Numbered from the stretch's first letter, positions 26,288 through 35,358 are shown. The stretch: 37,719 bases of DNA from an uncultured Anaerolineales bacterium (GCA_964544065.1 CAZJBA010000004.1:1-37719); one strand, 5' to 3'. The notes: a model not told the origin generated them from the sequence alone. Numbers and translations: made by a program.

Positions 26288-29200
26288 ATGAAGAGCAAAG
26301 TATCCTCCCCACGCTCCATTCATACAGACAAGTCTACTACCCCGGTTGGCGCTGCCATGGTGGTAGGGGGTGGCATCGCGGGGATGCAAGCCTCCCTAGA
26401 CCTGGCCGATCAAGGCTTCAAAGTCTATCTGGTCGAGAAACAATCCGCCATTGGCGGCAAAATGGCCCAACTCGATAAAACCTTCCCCACCAACGATTGC
26501 GCCATGTGCACGATTTCGCCAAAGTTGGTCGAAACCGGGCGCCATCCCAATATCGAGATCCTCACCAATACCGAAGTGCTGGAGGTTTCCGGAGACAAGG
26601 GCAACTTCACGGTACGACTTCGCCAAGAACCACGCTATATCGAAGTCGATCAATGTGTGGCGTGTAATGACTGTGCCGAAGTCTGCCCTGTTATCATCCC
26701 GGATCCCTTCAACGAAGCGCTCAATTCTCGCCATGCAGCCTACAAACAATACCCACAGGCCGTCCCCAATGCCTATGCTATCCAAAAGGCCGGTGTAGCC
26801 CCTTGCCGGGATGGCTGTCCCGCCGGTCAACGCGCCCAGGGCTATATCGCCCTGATTCGGGAAGGACGTTGGGAGGACGCTCTGCGCGTCATCAAAATGG
26901 ACAATCCCTTCCCGGGCATCTGCGGTCGCATCTGCAATCATCGCTGCGAGGAGGCCTGTAACCGCGCTAAGCTGGACGAACCGATCAATATTCGCGCTCT
27001 CAAGCGTTTTGTGACGGACAAGGTATACGAAAAGCCGCGCCAACCCCTCGAGCCTGTCGAGATCAACCACCCCGACAAGCGTGTGGCCATCATCGGAGCG
27101 GGCCCATGTGGGCTAACCGCGGCTCAAGACATCATTCGAAATGGTTATCCTGTTACCGTCTTTGAAGCTTTGCCTGTCGCCGGTGGGATGCTCCGTGTCG
27201 GTGTGCCCGAATATCGCCTCCCTTCTGAAATCGTAGAGCGAGAAGTTCGGGATATCGTCGACCTGGGTGTAGACTTACAACTCAATCACCGAGTAGACGA
27301 TTTTGATGAAATCTTCGACCAAGGCTATACCGCCGTGCTCATCGCCGTTGGCGCGCATGAAGGCGTTCGGCCGCCCATCCCCGGGGCCAATCAAGATGGC
27401 GTGTTGGTCAGTACAACGTTCTTGCGCGATGTCCGTATCAGCGATCCGCCAGCCTTAGGGGAGCGCGTGGTCGTCGTAGGCGCCGGCGATGTAGCCATGG
27501 ATGTGGCTCGCACCGCGGTCAGGTTGGGTTCCGAAGTTCACATCTTCTATCGGCGGCGACGAGAAGACGCGACGGCTGACGAACAAGAAATTCAACACGC
27601 CCAAGAAGAAGGCGTAGTGTTCCATTTCCAGACCAACATCAAAGAAATCATTGGTGATAGCGATGGGCTGCTCAAAGGGATAACGTGCTTCAAAACAGAA
27701 CCCGGGACTCCGGACAAATCTGGCCGCCCCAAGCCGGTTCCCGTTCCTGAATCAGAAACCTTCTTTCCCTGTGAAAATGTCATCTTTGCCGTCGGCCAAC
27801 GGGCCGGTCTCGCCTTCATACCCGACGACGCTGGTGTCGGCATCACGGACCAACAAACCATCGCCATCAACCCAAACACATTCGCAGCTACTCGTGAGGG
27901 TGTCTTCGCAGCCGGAGATAGCATCTCTGGAACTTCGTTTGTGATCGATGCTGTTGCCAGCGGCCACACCGCGGCCCAGTCCATGATCCGTTACTTGCAA
28001 GCAAAGCATCTCGAACCGCCTCGAAAACCAAACCTGCCGGTGGTTGAACTTTCGCAAAAGGAGATCGACGAAAAGTTGGCGCGAGGAGAGGTCAAACGCC
28101 AGCCGCGCGTCCCCATCCCTGAACTGGCGGCGGATCAACGCGTCAACAGCTTCGAGGAAGTCTCCCGCGGCTACGATGAAGAAAGCGCCCGTGCAGAGGC
28201 AGCCCGCTGTTTAGCTTGTGGCATCTGTTCCGAATGCATGTCCTGCGTCTTTGAGTGTGGGCGAGACGCCATTGATCACGACATGGTGGCCAAAGAGAAG
28301 GAAGTAAATGCAGGAGCCATCATCTTGGCCCCCGGTTATCAGACCTATCAGGCCGAATTATCAGAAGAATTCGGCTTCGGTCGCTATCCCAACGTGGTCA
28401 CATCAATGCAGTTTGAGCGACTGCTTTCGGCCTCAGGTCCAACCATGGGAACGATCCAACGCCCATCCGACGATGAGACTCCCCGGCGAATCGCCTTCTT
28501 ACAGTGTGTCGGCTCCCGCGACCAGGAGCATGACTATTGCTCCTCGGTTTGCTGCATGTACGCCACCAAAGAATCTGTGGTGGCCAAGGAGCATGATCCC
28601 GACCTCGACATCCACGTCTTCTTGATGGACATGCGCGCTTTTTCAAAAGGGTATTTACGTTATTTCCAGCGAGCCCAAGATGACTATGGGATTCACTATC
28701 ACCATTGTCGCATTTCCGATCTACACGAAACATCCGACGAACATGATCTAATTCTCCGGTACACGCCAGAAGAAAACCCCAACCAACTTGTTGCCCAGGA
28801 ATTTGATCTGGTCGTCCTTTCGGTGGGCATGGAAATGTCTGAATCCGTCCAGACTCTGGGCCGCCAATTGGGGGTCAGCTTGGATGAATACGGATTCTGT
28901 TCCACGCCACAATTCAACCCGGTAGAGAGCAGTCGGGCGGGCATCTACGCGGTTGGTCCGTTCCGGGAACCCAAAGATATCCCCGAAGCGGTCATGGAAG
29001 CGAGTGGTGCCTCCGGGGCTGTCGGGGCTTTGCTGGGGTCGAGCCGTCATTCTCTCACCACGATACCCGAATTCCCACCCGAGCGCGACATCAGCGAGGA
29101 AGAGCCTCGCATCGGCGTATTTGTTTGTCACTGCGGCTCAAACATCGGCGGCTATTTAGACGTTCCCAAAGTGGCCGATTATGCCGCCAGCCTGCCTCAC

Positions 29201-30853
29201 GTGGAACACGCTGAAGAGAATCTCTACACCTGTTCACAAGATAGCATCAAACACATCACGGAGACGGTCAAAGAGGAAAACCTTAATCGAGTCGTGGTCG
29301 CAAGTTGCACGCCCCTGACCCACGCGCCTCTCTTTCAGGACAGCATCAGAGCAGCAGGCTTAAACCCTTATCTGTTTGAAATGGCCAACATCCGCAATCA
29401 GTGTTCGTGGGTACACTCACACGATTGGGATACGGCCACCGAAAAAGCTCAAGAGTTAGTTCACATGGCTGTCGCCCGTTCTGCGCTGCTAAACGCACAA
29501 CCCACCATCGATGTGCCAGTCGAAAACGAAGCCCTCGTGGTCGGAGGCGGAGTCGCCGGGATGACCGCGGCGCTGACCCTGGCAGAAAACGGCTTCCCCG
29601 TCCACCTGGTCGAGAAAGAGGCGCAACTAGGGGGGCATCTCCGTGACATCCACACCTTACACGATAACCGAGATGCACAACAAGTCTTACGAAAGATGTT
29701 CGAGCAGGTAGAAAGCCAGACTGACATCCACGTCCATTTAGAGAGCACTGTGCAAGATGTAAAAGGCTTCCGAGGCAATTTCAGCAGCACAATAGAAAGC
29801 GCTGACGGACAAACCATCCAGGTCTCTCACGGAGCAACCATCTTGGCTACCGGCGCGCAAGAATACCGCGGCGAAGAATACGGTTACGGCCAATCCGACC
29901 AGATCATAACCCAGCAAGAACTTGAGGCCATCCTTGGGGGGCAGAAAGCCTACCCGACTCAAGAACCACCGGACACCGTCGTCATGATTCAGTGCATTGG
30001 GCCAGCCGAACAGTATTGCAGCCGAATTTGTTGCACCGTAGCCTTAAAGAACGCCCTGAAGCTCAAAGAACAACATCCCGACACCAAAGTCATCATTTTA
30101 TATAAAGATATGCGCGTATACGGATTTAAAGAACGTCTCTACAGCCAAGCTCGCCAAAAAGGAATTCTATTTTTACGCTATAATAAAACCAAGCCCAAGG
30201 TTGAAAGCATCCCTGCTTCAACGACCTCAACCGATAAATCCGCTTCCTTACGCATCCAAGCCTGGGACCCTTCTCTTGAAAGGACTCTTGAACTTCCAAC
30301 AGATTTACTCGTTCTTTCCATGCCGGTAGTGCCTAACCCCGACACCAAGGAGTTGGCCAACTGCTTTAAAGTTTCCACGGATGCTGATGGATTCTTCATG
30401 GAAGCCCATGTCAAGTTGCGTCCCGTCGATTTTGCCACCGAGGGCGTTTTCATGGCCGGGATGGCCCACTACCCAAAGCTGGTTGATGAAGCCATGATTC
30501 AGGCCCAGGCAGCGGCTTCTCGTGCCGCGCGGCTGCTCAGCAAGAAAACCTCAAAAGTCGGGGGGCGCGTGGCTGTGGTGGAACCAGAGCTGTGTACCGG
30601 CTGCTTAACCTGTGTGCGAGCATGCCCCTTCGACGTGCCCTTGATCAAGGCCGACTTGGTGGGCATCGGAAACATTCAAGGCGCAGCCTATATTGAAGCG
30701 GCTATCTGCCAGGGTTGTGGCTCGTGCGCGGCCGCATGTCCAGCCCAGGCCATCCAGTTGATGCACTACACCGATGCGCAAATGGCAGCAAAAGTCAGCA
30801 TCCTGGCGAAACCAAAGATACCAGCCATGAAATCAGAAGAAGTTGGAGCCTAG
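26288..30853 (+). CDS. Giant HdrA-like / GltD-NfnB-like / HdrA-like fusion flavoprotein (HdrL-type), copy 2
   Basis: 1521 aa, collinear with copy 1, all motif blocks conserved (GGGIAGMQASLDLA, CVACNDCAEVCP, PFPGICGRICNHRCEEACNR, IIGAGPCGL, CLACGICSECMSCVFEC, FLQCVGSRD..YCSSVCCMYA, VFVCHCGSNIGGY, GGGVAGMTAALTLA, YCSRICCT, CTGCLTCVRACP, CQGCGSCAAACP). Confidence 0.88.
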   Translation: MKSKVSSPRSIHTDKSTTPVGAAMVVGGGIAGMQASLDLADQGFKVYLVEKQSAIGGKMAQLDKTFPTNDCAMCTISPKLVETGRHPNIEILTNTEVLEVSGDKGNFTVRLRQEPRYIEVDQCVACNDCAEVCPVIIPDPFNEALNSRHAAYKQYPQAVPNAYAIQKAGVAPCRDGCPAGQRAQGYIALIREGRWEDALRVIKMDNPFPGICGRICNHRCEEACNRAKLDEPINIRALKRFVTDKVYEKPRQPLEPVEINHPDKRVAIIGAGPCGLTAAQDIIRNGYPVTVFEALPVAGGMLRVGVPEYRLPSEIVEREVRDIVDLGVDLQLNHRVDDFDEIFDQGYTAVLIAVGAHEGVRPPIPGANQDGVLVSTTFLRDVRISDPPALGERVVVVGAGDVAMDVARTAVRLGSEVHIFYRRRREDATADEQEIQHAQEEGVVFHFQTNIKEIIGDSDGLLKGITCFKTEPGTPDKSGRPKPVPVPESETFFPCENVIFAVGQRAGLAFIPDDAGVGITDQQTIAINPNTFAATREGVFAAGDSISGTSFVIDAVASGHTAAQSMIRYLQAKHLEPPRKPNLPVVELSQKEIDEKLARGEVKRQPRVPIPELAADQRVNSFEEVSRGYDEESARAEAARCLACGICSECMSCVFECGRDAIDHDMVAKEKEVNAGAIILAPGYQTYQAELSEEFGFGRYPNVVTSMQFERLLSASGPTMGTIQRPSDDETPRRIAFLQCVGSRDQEHDYCSSVCCMYATKESVVAKEHDPDLDIHVFLMDMRAFSKGYLRYFQRAQDDYGIHYHHCRISDLHETSDEHDLILRYTPEENPNQLVAQEFDLVVLSVGMEMSESVQTLGRQLGVSLDEYGFCSTPQFNPVESSRAGIYAVGPFREPKDIPEAVMEASGASGAVGALLGSSRHSLTTIPEFPPERDISEEEPRIGVFVCHCGSNIGGYLDVPKVADYAASLPHVEHAEENLYTCSQDSIKHITETVKEENLNRVVVASCTPLTHAPLFQDSIRAAGLNPYLFEMANIRNQCSWVHSHDWDTATEKAQELVHMAVARSALLNAQPTIDVPVENEALVVGGGVAGMTAALTLAENGFPVHLVEKEAQLGGHLRDIHTLHDNRDAQQVLRKMFEQVESQTDIHVHLESTVQDVKGFRGNFSSTIESADGQTIQVSHGATILATGAQEYRGEEYGYGQSDQIITQQELEAILGGQKAYPTQEPPDTVVMIQCIGPAEQYCSRICCTVALKNALKLKEQHPDTKVIILYKDMRVYGFKERLYSQARQKGILFLRYNKTKPKVESIPASTTSTDKSASLRIQAWDPSLERTLELPTDLLVLSMPVVPNPDTKELANCFKVSTDADGFFMEAHVKLRPVDFATEGVFMAGMAHYPKLVDEAMIQAQAAASRAARLLSKKTSKVGGRVAVVEPELCTGCLTCVRACPFDVPLIKADLVGIGNIQGAAYIEAAICQGCGSCAAACPAQAIQLMHYTDAQMAAKVSILAKPKIPAMKSEEVGA

Positions 30854-30856
30854 CGT

Positions 30857-31270
30857 ATGTCCAAGAAGAAACTCCGCATCGTCGCTTATTGTTGTGAGCA
30901 TTGCGCTTACGCCGCGGCCGATCTGGCCGGAGGCTTGCGCATGCAATACCCGCCGGAGACCAGAATTGTGCAAATACCCTGCACCGGCAGACTGGATACG
31001 CTCATGGTCTTGCAAGCGTTCGAAGATGGCGTTGACGGCGTCATGGTGGCAGGTTGACTGCCCGGAGACTGCCATTACCTGGATGGTAATGTGAAAGCGA
31101 AACAACGAGTTGAAAGGATTCAGCAATTGCTCGCTCAAATTGGTTTAGCGCCAGAGCGAGTGGAGATGTTCAATCTTTCCTCAGCGATGGCAGGTAAATT
31201 CGTCGCTGTAACAGAAGAAATGACAGAAACAATTACCCGATTGGGGCCCAACCCCCTCAAAGATTCTTGA
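30857..31270 (+). CDS. mvhD: MvhD/FlpD-family subunit, copy 2, predicted selenoprotein (in-frame TGA at 31055-31057 read as Sec, residue 67)
   Basis: IVAYCCEHCAYAAADLAG...IPCTGRLD...FEDGVDGVMVAG-TGA-LPGDCHYLDGN. The same frame continues for 70 codons to the TGA at 31268-31270. Confidence 0.8.
31055..31091 (+). promoter_or_regulatory. Candidate bacterial SECIS element downstream of the mvhD2 UGA
   Basis: Hairpin CATTACC (31073-31079), loop TGGAT, GGTAATG (31085-31091). The ATTACC arm starts 19 nt after the T of TGA, as in copy 1. Confidence 0.55.
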
Positions 31271-31294
31271 AATTTAGTAGCATCGGAGGTCACT

Positions 31295-31984
31295 ATGATC
31301 ATTGCAGAAAGAAAGGATTTAGATGAAATCAGATCACTCATCGGGGAGGATGCCGAAAAGGTGCTCGTGGTTGGATGCGGCACCTGTGTGACGGTGTGCT
31401 TTGCCGGCGGCTCGCGCGAGGCGCAAATCACAGCCAGTTCGCTGCGCATGGCAACCAAACTCGATGATGAAGAGGGCAATGGCCTGGATGTCACCGACGT
31501 GACGGTCCAGCGCCAGTGCGAATGGGAATACCTGGACGAAATCGAAGACCAGGTCGCGGAAGCCGATGTCGTGCTGTCGCTGGGGTGTGGTATCGGTGTC
31601 CAAGCCATTGCCGAATATTTTCCCGAATGCTGGGTTGTCCCCGGACTGAACACCACCTTCTTGGGGCTGCCCTCCGAGCAAGGCATCTGGGAAGAGCGTT
31701 GCGCCGCCTGTGGAGACTGTGTACTGGGGATCACCGGCGGGATTTGTCCGATCGCCCGCTGCTCCAAGTCCCTGCTCAACGGCCCTTGCGGTGGATCAGA
31801 AGACGGCCATTGTGAAATTGACCCTGAGGTCCCCTGCGCCTGGCAATTAATATACGACCGCATGAGCAGCAAAGGGCGACTTGACATGCTGATCACGTTA
31901 CAAGCGCCGAAAAACTGGAGTACGTCTCGTGATGGCGGCCCGCGCAAAATTGTGCGGGAAGACCTATTCCTAGAAGAAGCATAG
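31295..31984 (+). CDS. metV: MetV-like small subunit of methylene-THF reductase (MTHFR C-terminal-type Cys-rich domain)
   Basis: 229 aa. VVGCGTCVTVC, then CAACGDCVLGITGGICPIARCSKSLLNGPCGGSEDGHCEIDPEVPCAW. Sits directly upstream of metF, as in acetogens. GGAGG Shine-Dalgarno. Confidence 0.82.
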   Translation: MIIAERKDLDEIRSLIGEDAEKVLVVGCGTCVTVCFAGGSREAQITASSLRMATKLDDEEGNGLDVTDVTVQRQCEWEYLDEIEDQVAEADVVLSLGCGIGVQAIAEYFPECWVVPGLNTTFLGLPSEQGIWEERCAACGDCVLGITGGICPIARCSKSLLNGPCGGSEDGHCEIDPEVPCAWQLIYDRMSSKGRLDMLITLQAPKNWSTSRDGGPRKIVREDLFLEEA

Positions 31985-32003
31985 CCCCAAAGTGGAGGAA
32001 AAC

Positions 32004-33035
32004 ATGACAGCAATCGAAAACAATACCAACGGCTACCTCGTCGGTTCCAATCTGGAAAAAATGCTTGAAGCTGGACACTTTGCCGTAACCGGAGAATTAG
32101 GCCCACCTCAGAGCGCCGATGGAGAAGTCATCCGTGAAAAAGCCACCCTTCTGAAAGGGTTCGTCGATGGCATCAACATCACCGACAATCAAACCGCGAT
32201 CGTGCGGATGTCCAGCATTGGAGCAGGCACCATCGTCGTGGAGGAGGGCCTCGAACCGATCATCCAGATGACCTGCCGGGACCGCAATCGGCTGGCGATC
32301 CAAAGCGATCTATTGGGCGCTTACGCGCTCGGCATGCGCAACCTGCTTTGCCTGAGCGGCGACCATCAACATTTCGGCAACCATCCCACCTCGAAGAACG
32401 TCTTCGATATCGATTCGCTCCAAATGGTGAAGATGGTGGCCGATATGCGCGATGATTGCATCTTTCAATGCGGGGACACCTTTAAGGGCATCGAGCCGCG
32501 CTTCTTTGTCGGCGCCGCTTCCGCCCCCTTTGCTGACCCGATCGACTTTCGTCCTTATCGGTTAGCCAAAAAAGTCAAAGCCGGGGCCGATTTCATTCAG
32601 ACTCAATTGGTCTACGATGTGGAGGCTTTCGAAGAATTCATGCAGAAAGTGCGCGAACTTGGGCTTCACGAGCAAACCTACATCATGGCCGGGGTCGGCC
32701 CGCTCAAGAGCGCTGGAATGGCCCGGTACATGAAAAATAACGTCCCCGGTATCCTTGTGCCTGACGAGATCATCGAACGGATGAAAGCAGTTGACAAACC
32801 TTGGGCGGGCAAGAGCAAAGATGAAATGACCAAAGACGATAAACGCGCTCGCTCGAAAGCCCGCAAAGAGGAAGGCATTCAAGTCTGCATCGACCTAATC
32901 AATCAATTAAGAGAGATTGAAGGCGTCGCCGGTGTCCATATCATGGCGATCGAATGGGAAGAAGCAGTCAAGCCTATCGTAGAAGGCGCGGGCTTGCACC
33001 CGCGACCAACACTAAAAGAGAAAGTCGCGGCATAG
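32004..33035 (+). CDS. metF: Methylenetetrahydrofolate reductase catalytic subunit (acetogen-type MetF)
   Basis: TIM-barrel MTHFR motifs (VTGELGPP, INITDNQTA, QMTCRDRN, NLLCLSGDH, FFVGAA, ADFIQTQLVYD). The ATG at 32004 follows GGAGGA; the track GTG at 31992 lies within the Shine-Dalgarno. Confidence 0.88.
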   Translation: MTAIENNTNGYLVGSNLEKMLEAGHFAVTGELGPPQSADGEVIREKATLLKGFVDGINITDNQTAIVRMSSIGAGTIVVEEGLEPIIQMTCRDRNRLAIQSDLLGAYALGMRNLLCLSGDHQHFGNHPTSKNVFDIDSLQMVKMVADMRDDCIFQCGDTFKGIEPRFFVGAASAPFADPIDFRPYRLAKKVKAGADFIQTQLVYDVEAFEEFMQKVRELGLHEQTYIMAGVGPLKSAGMARYMKNNVPGILVPDEIIERMKAVDKPWAGKSKDEMTKDDKRARSKARKEEGIQVCIDLINQLREIEGVAGVHIMAIEWEEAVKPIVEGAGLHPRPTLKEKVAA

Positions 33036-33091
33036 CGGCACTACTTTGCTCAAACAGTCCATCACCCCACAACACAAAACTGGAGAAAGCT

Positions 33092-34522
33092 ATGGACGAA
33101 CAACAAACAAGCACGAAATCCATCAAAATCAAAGGAGACCTGGCAAAACGGGTAAAAGAAGAAATCGATCAAAATGTCTATTTGTGCTACCAGTGTGTCA
33201 AGTGCACCAGTGGATGTCCCGTGGCTGATTTCTTCGATTGGCAACCTAACCAAGTTATGCGCGCCCTTCAATTAGGGCAAGAGGATATCGCTCTGGAGGC
33301 CAAAACCCCTTGGCTATGCGCAGCTTGCCAAACCTGTACCACTCGCTGCCCGCAAGGGTTGGATATCAACGCCATCATGGAATTTCTGACCCGTGAAGCG
33401 GTCGAACAGGGCATAAAACCCCCCATCCCTGAAGTTAACGCCTTCAATCGCGCCTTCATGCGCGAGGTCAACATCTGGGGTCGTAGCTATGAACCGGGTT
33501 TGATGGCCGAGATGGGAATTCAAGATCCTCTCGCCATGGTGGAAGACCTTGACCTGTACTTCAACATGCTCAAGAAAGGCAAGGTCAGCTTCTTCCCCAA
33601 ACCGGCGCGCCTACCCAACTCTCGCAAGATCAAACCAATCGAAGGCGCCGAGGAGGCCATCGCTTACTACCCTGGCTGCTCGCTCGAATCAACCGCGACG
33701 GAATTTCATCATTCGACCGAAGCCGTTTGCGAAGCCATTGGCCTGAAATTGATTGAACCGCCCGGATGGGTTTGCTGTGGAAGTTCCGCTGCCCATAAAA
33801 TCGCTCCGGAAGCAGCTTTGCGGCTCCCGATGGAGAACCTTGCCTACTTCGAGCGCAGCGGGTTCAAGGAAGTCACCATGCCTTGCGCGGCTTGCTTCAA
33901 CCGCCACAAAGCAGCTCAATTCGAGATCCGCGAGTACGAAGACCATAAAGCTGCCATGGATGAAGCACTTGGATACGATTACCAAGACAGCGTCCACGTC
34001 AGCACATTGGCTGAGGCGATCCACAACCACATTGGGCCCGAGCGCGTGGCCGAGAAAGTCCAAAACCAGCTTGAAAACTTGAATGTGGTCAGCTATTACG
34101 GCTGTCTATTGACCCGACCTCCCGAGGTCACGGAAGCAGCCCACCACGAAAATCCCACCGACATGGACGAACTCATGGCCGCTCTGGGCGCTCAGGTTCA
34201 CGATTGGTCTTACAAGACGACCTGTTGCGGGGCTGCCCACTCCCTAACTCGACCTGACATTGTATTAGACCTGAGCGGCAACATCATCAGACACGCCAGG
34301 GAAGCTGGCGCTGATGTCATCGCCGTCGCCTGCCCGCTTTGCCACATGAATCTGGATGCCCGCCAAATCCAAATGGACCTGGAAGACCCTATGCCCATTC
34401 TCTACTTCACCCAGTTGATGGCCCTGGCATTAGGACTTCCCAAGAAAGCTGCCTTGCTACACAAGAACATCATTGATCCACGTCCACTTCTGCGAAGAAA
34501 GGAAATCATCTCTCCTGACTAA
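33092..34522 (+). CDS. HdrC-HdrB fusion protein (two [4Fe-4S] ferredoxin motifs plus two CCG domains)
   Basis: HdrC part: CYQCVKCTSGCP and CAACQTCTTRCP. HdrB part: two Cys-rich CCG repeats (YYPGC...WVCCGSS...CAAC and YYGC...TCCGAA...CPLC). The ATG at 33092 is preferred over the track start at 32954, which overlaps metF. Confidence 0.85.
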   Translation: MDEQQTSTKSIKIKGDLAKRVKEEIDQNVYLCYQCVKCTSGCPVADFFDWQPNQVMRALQLGQEDIALEAKTPWLCAACQTCTTRCPQGLDINAIMEFLTREAVEQGIKPPIPEVNAFNRAFMREVNIWGRSYEPGLMAEMGIQDPLAMVEDLDLYFNMLKKGKVSFFPKPARLPNSRKIKPIEGAEEAIAYYPGCSLESTATEFHHSTEAVCEAIGLKLIEPPGWVCCGSSAAHKIAPEAALRLPMENLAYFERSGFKEVTMPCAACFNRHKAAQFEIREYEDHKAAMDEALGYDYQDSVHVSTLAEAIHNHIGPERVAEKVQNQLENLNVVSYYGCLLTRPPEVTEAAHHENPTDMDELMAALGAQVHDWSYKTTCCGAAHSLTRPDIVLDLSGNIIRHAREAGADVIAVACPLCHMNLDARQIQMDLEDPMPILYFTQLMALALGLPKKAALLHKNIIDPRPLLRRKEIISPD

Positions 34523-34548
34523 ACCACGAGAGAAGAAAGGAGCCTTCC

Positions 34549-35109
34549 ATGATGACCGCCGCTCCTCCATCTCCAGAAAAGATTGACCCTGTAACCTTTC
34601 TCGACACCACACTTGAGAAAACATGGCACGCTCTTTGCAACCACTTCGATGTCATCGCCAAAATGCCTGATAGTCAAATTCTCTTTTGTAAAGTCGATGC
34701 AAGCATGCCGCATCAAGCTGCCGAAAGAGTGTTTGTCAACATGATCACAGAATCGATTGAGCATGTAGGCCGATTCTCGCCCTGGTACACGCAACCGGCG
34801 CGTAAGTTTGGCATCATCTCAATTTGTGACGAACAAACCAATTGCCGCAAATGGATCTTAGCACCGGAGTCTCTACGTCAGTGGAAGGACGAATTAAAAA
34901 ACCTTCGTTTGGCCATTGAAAAGAATTCTGGCCTGATTCAAGCCAGCCTACTCCTGGATCAACTCAGCATGAAAGAGCTTAGCAAGGGTTCCCAAATAAC
35001 GGCCAAGTGTGAATGCTGCCCGCCAAAGCTAATTCAAATCAAAAAAGAAATTTTGGATCAATCGGCGATCACATGTGACGCCTGCCAATGCTCGTTTATC
35101 CCGATATAA
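34549..35109 (+). CDS. Hypothetical Cys-rich protein, last gene of the hdr/met operon
   Basis: 186 aa. AAGGAG lies 6 nt upstream of the ATG. I recognise no family. C-terminal cluster CECCPPK-x20-CDACQC. Visibly more AT-rich than its neighbours. Confidence 0.6.
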   Translation: MMTAAPPSPEKIDPVTFLDTTLEKTWHALCNHFDVIAKMPDSQILFCKVDASMPHQAAERVFVNMITESIEHVGRFSPWYTQPARKFGIISICDEQTNCRKWILAPESLRQWKDELKNLRLAIEKNSGLIQASLLLDQLSMKELSKGSQITAKCECCPPKLIQIKKEILDQSAITCDACQCSFIPI

Positions 35110-35323
35110 GCAATTAACGGATGTTGGTTAGATAGTAAGATACTTAAGACCAAAATGCTCTAGGCGGCGTCCCCGCCGCCGAGGACGGCGGCTAGAGCTA
35201 ACGTTCAAGGGGGCGTCATGCTTGCCGCGCTTCCCCTGGCGGGACGCAGAGCGTGCGTATCCGCTGGGCAAGGCATGCTACCCAAACCGCTGATGCTTTC
35301 CCGCCCGAAGTAGTTCTTCAAAT

Positions 35324-35358
35324 ACCGCCCTGGTGTTTTTCGGGGCGGTTTTCGCTTT
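35324..35358 (+). terminator. Rho-independent terminator candidate closing the hdr/met operon
   Basis: ACCGCCC (35324-35330), 12-nt loop, GGGCGGT (35343-35349), followed by TTTTCGCTTT. Confidence 0.55.

Noticed and set aside
31135-32106. 323-aa minus-strand ORF spanning the mvhD2 end, metV and the metF start
   Set aside because: It is antisense to three well-supported genes. The translation is Ser/Pro/Arg-rich with no recognisable domain and no Shine-Dalgarno context.
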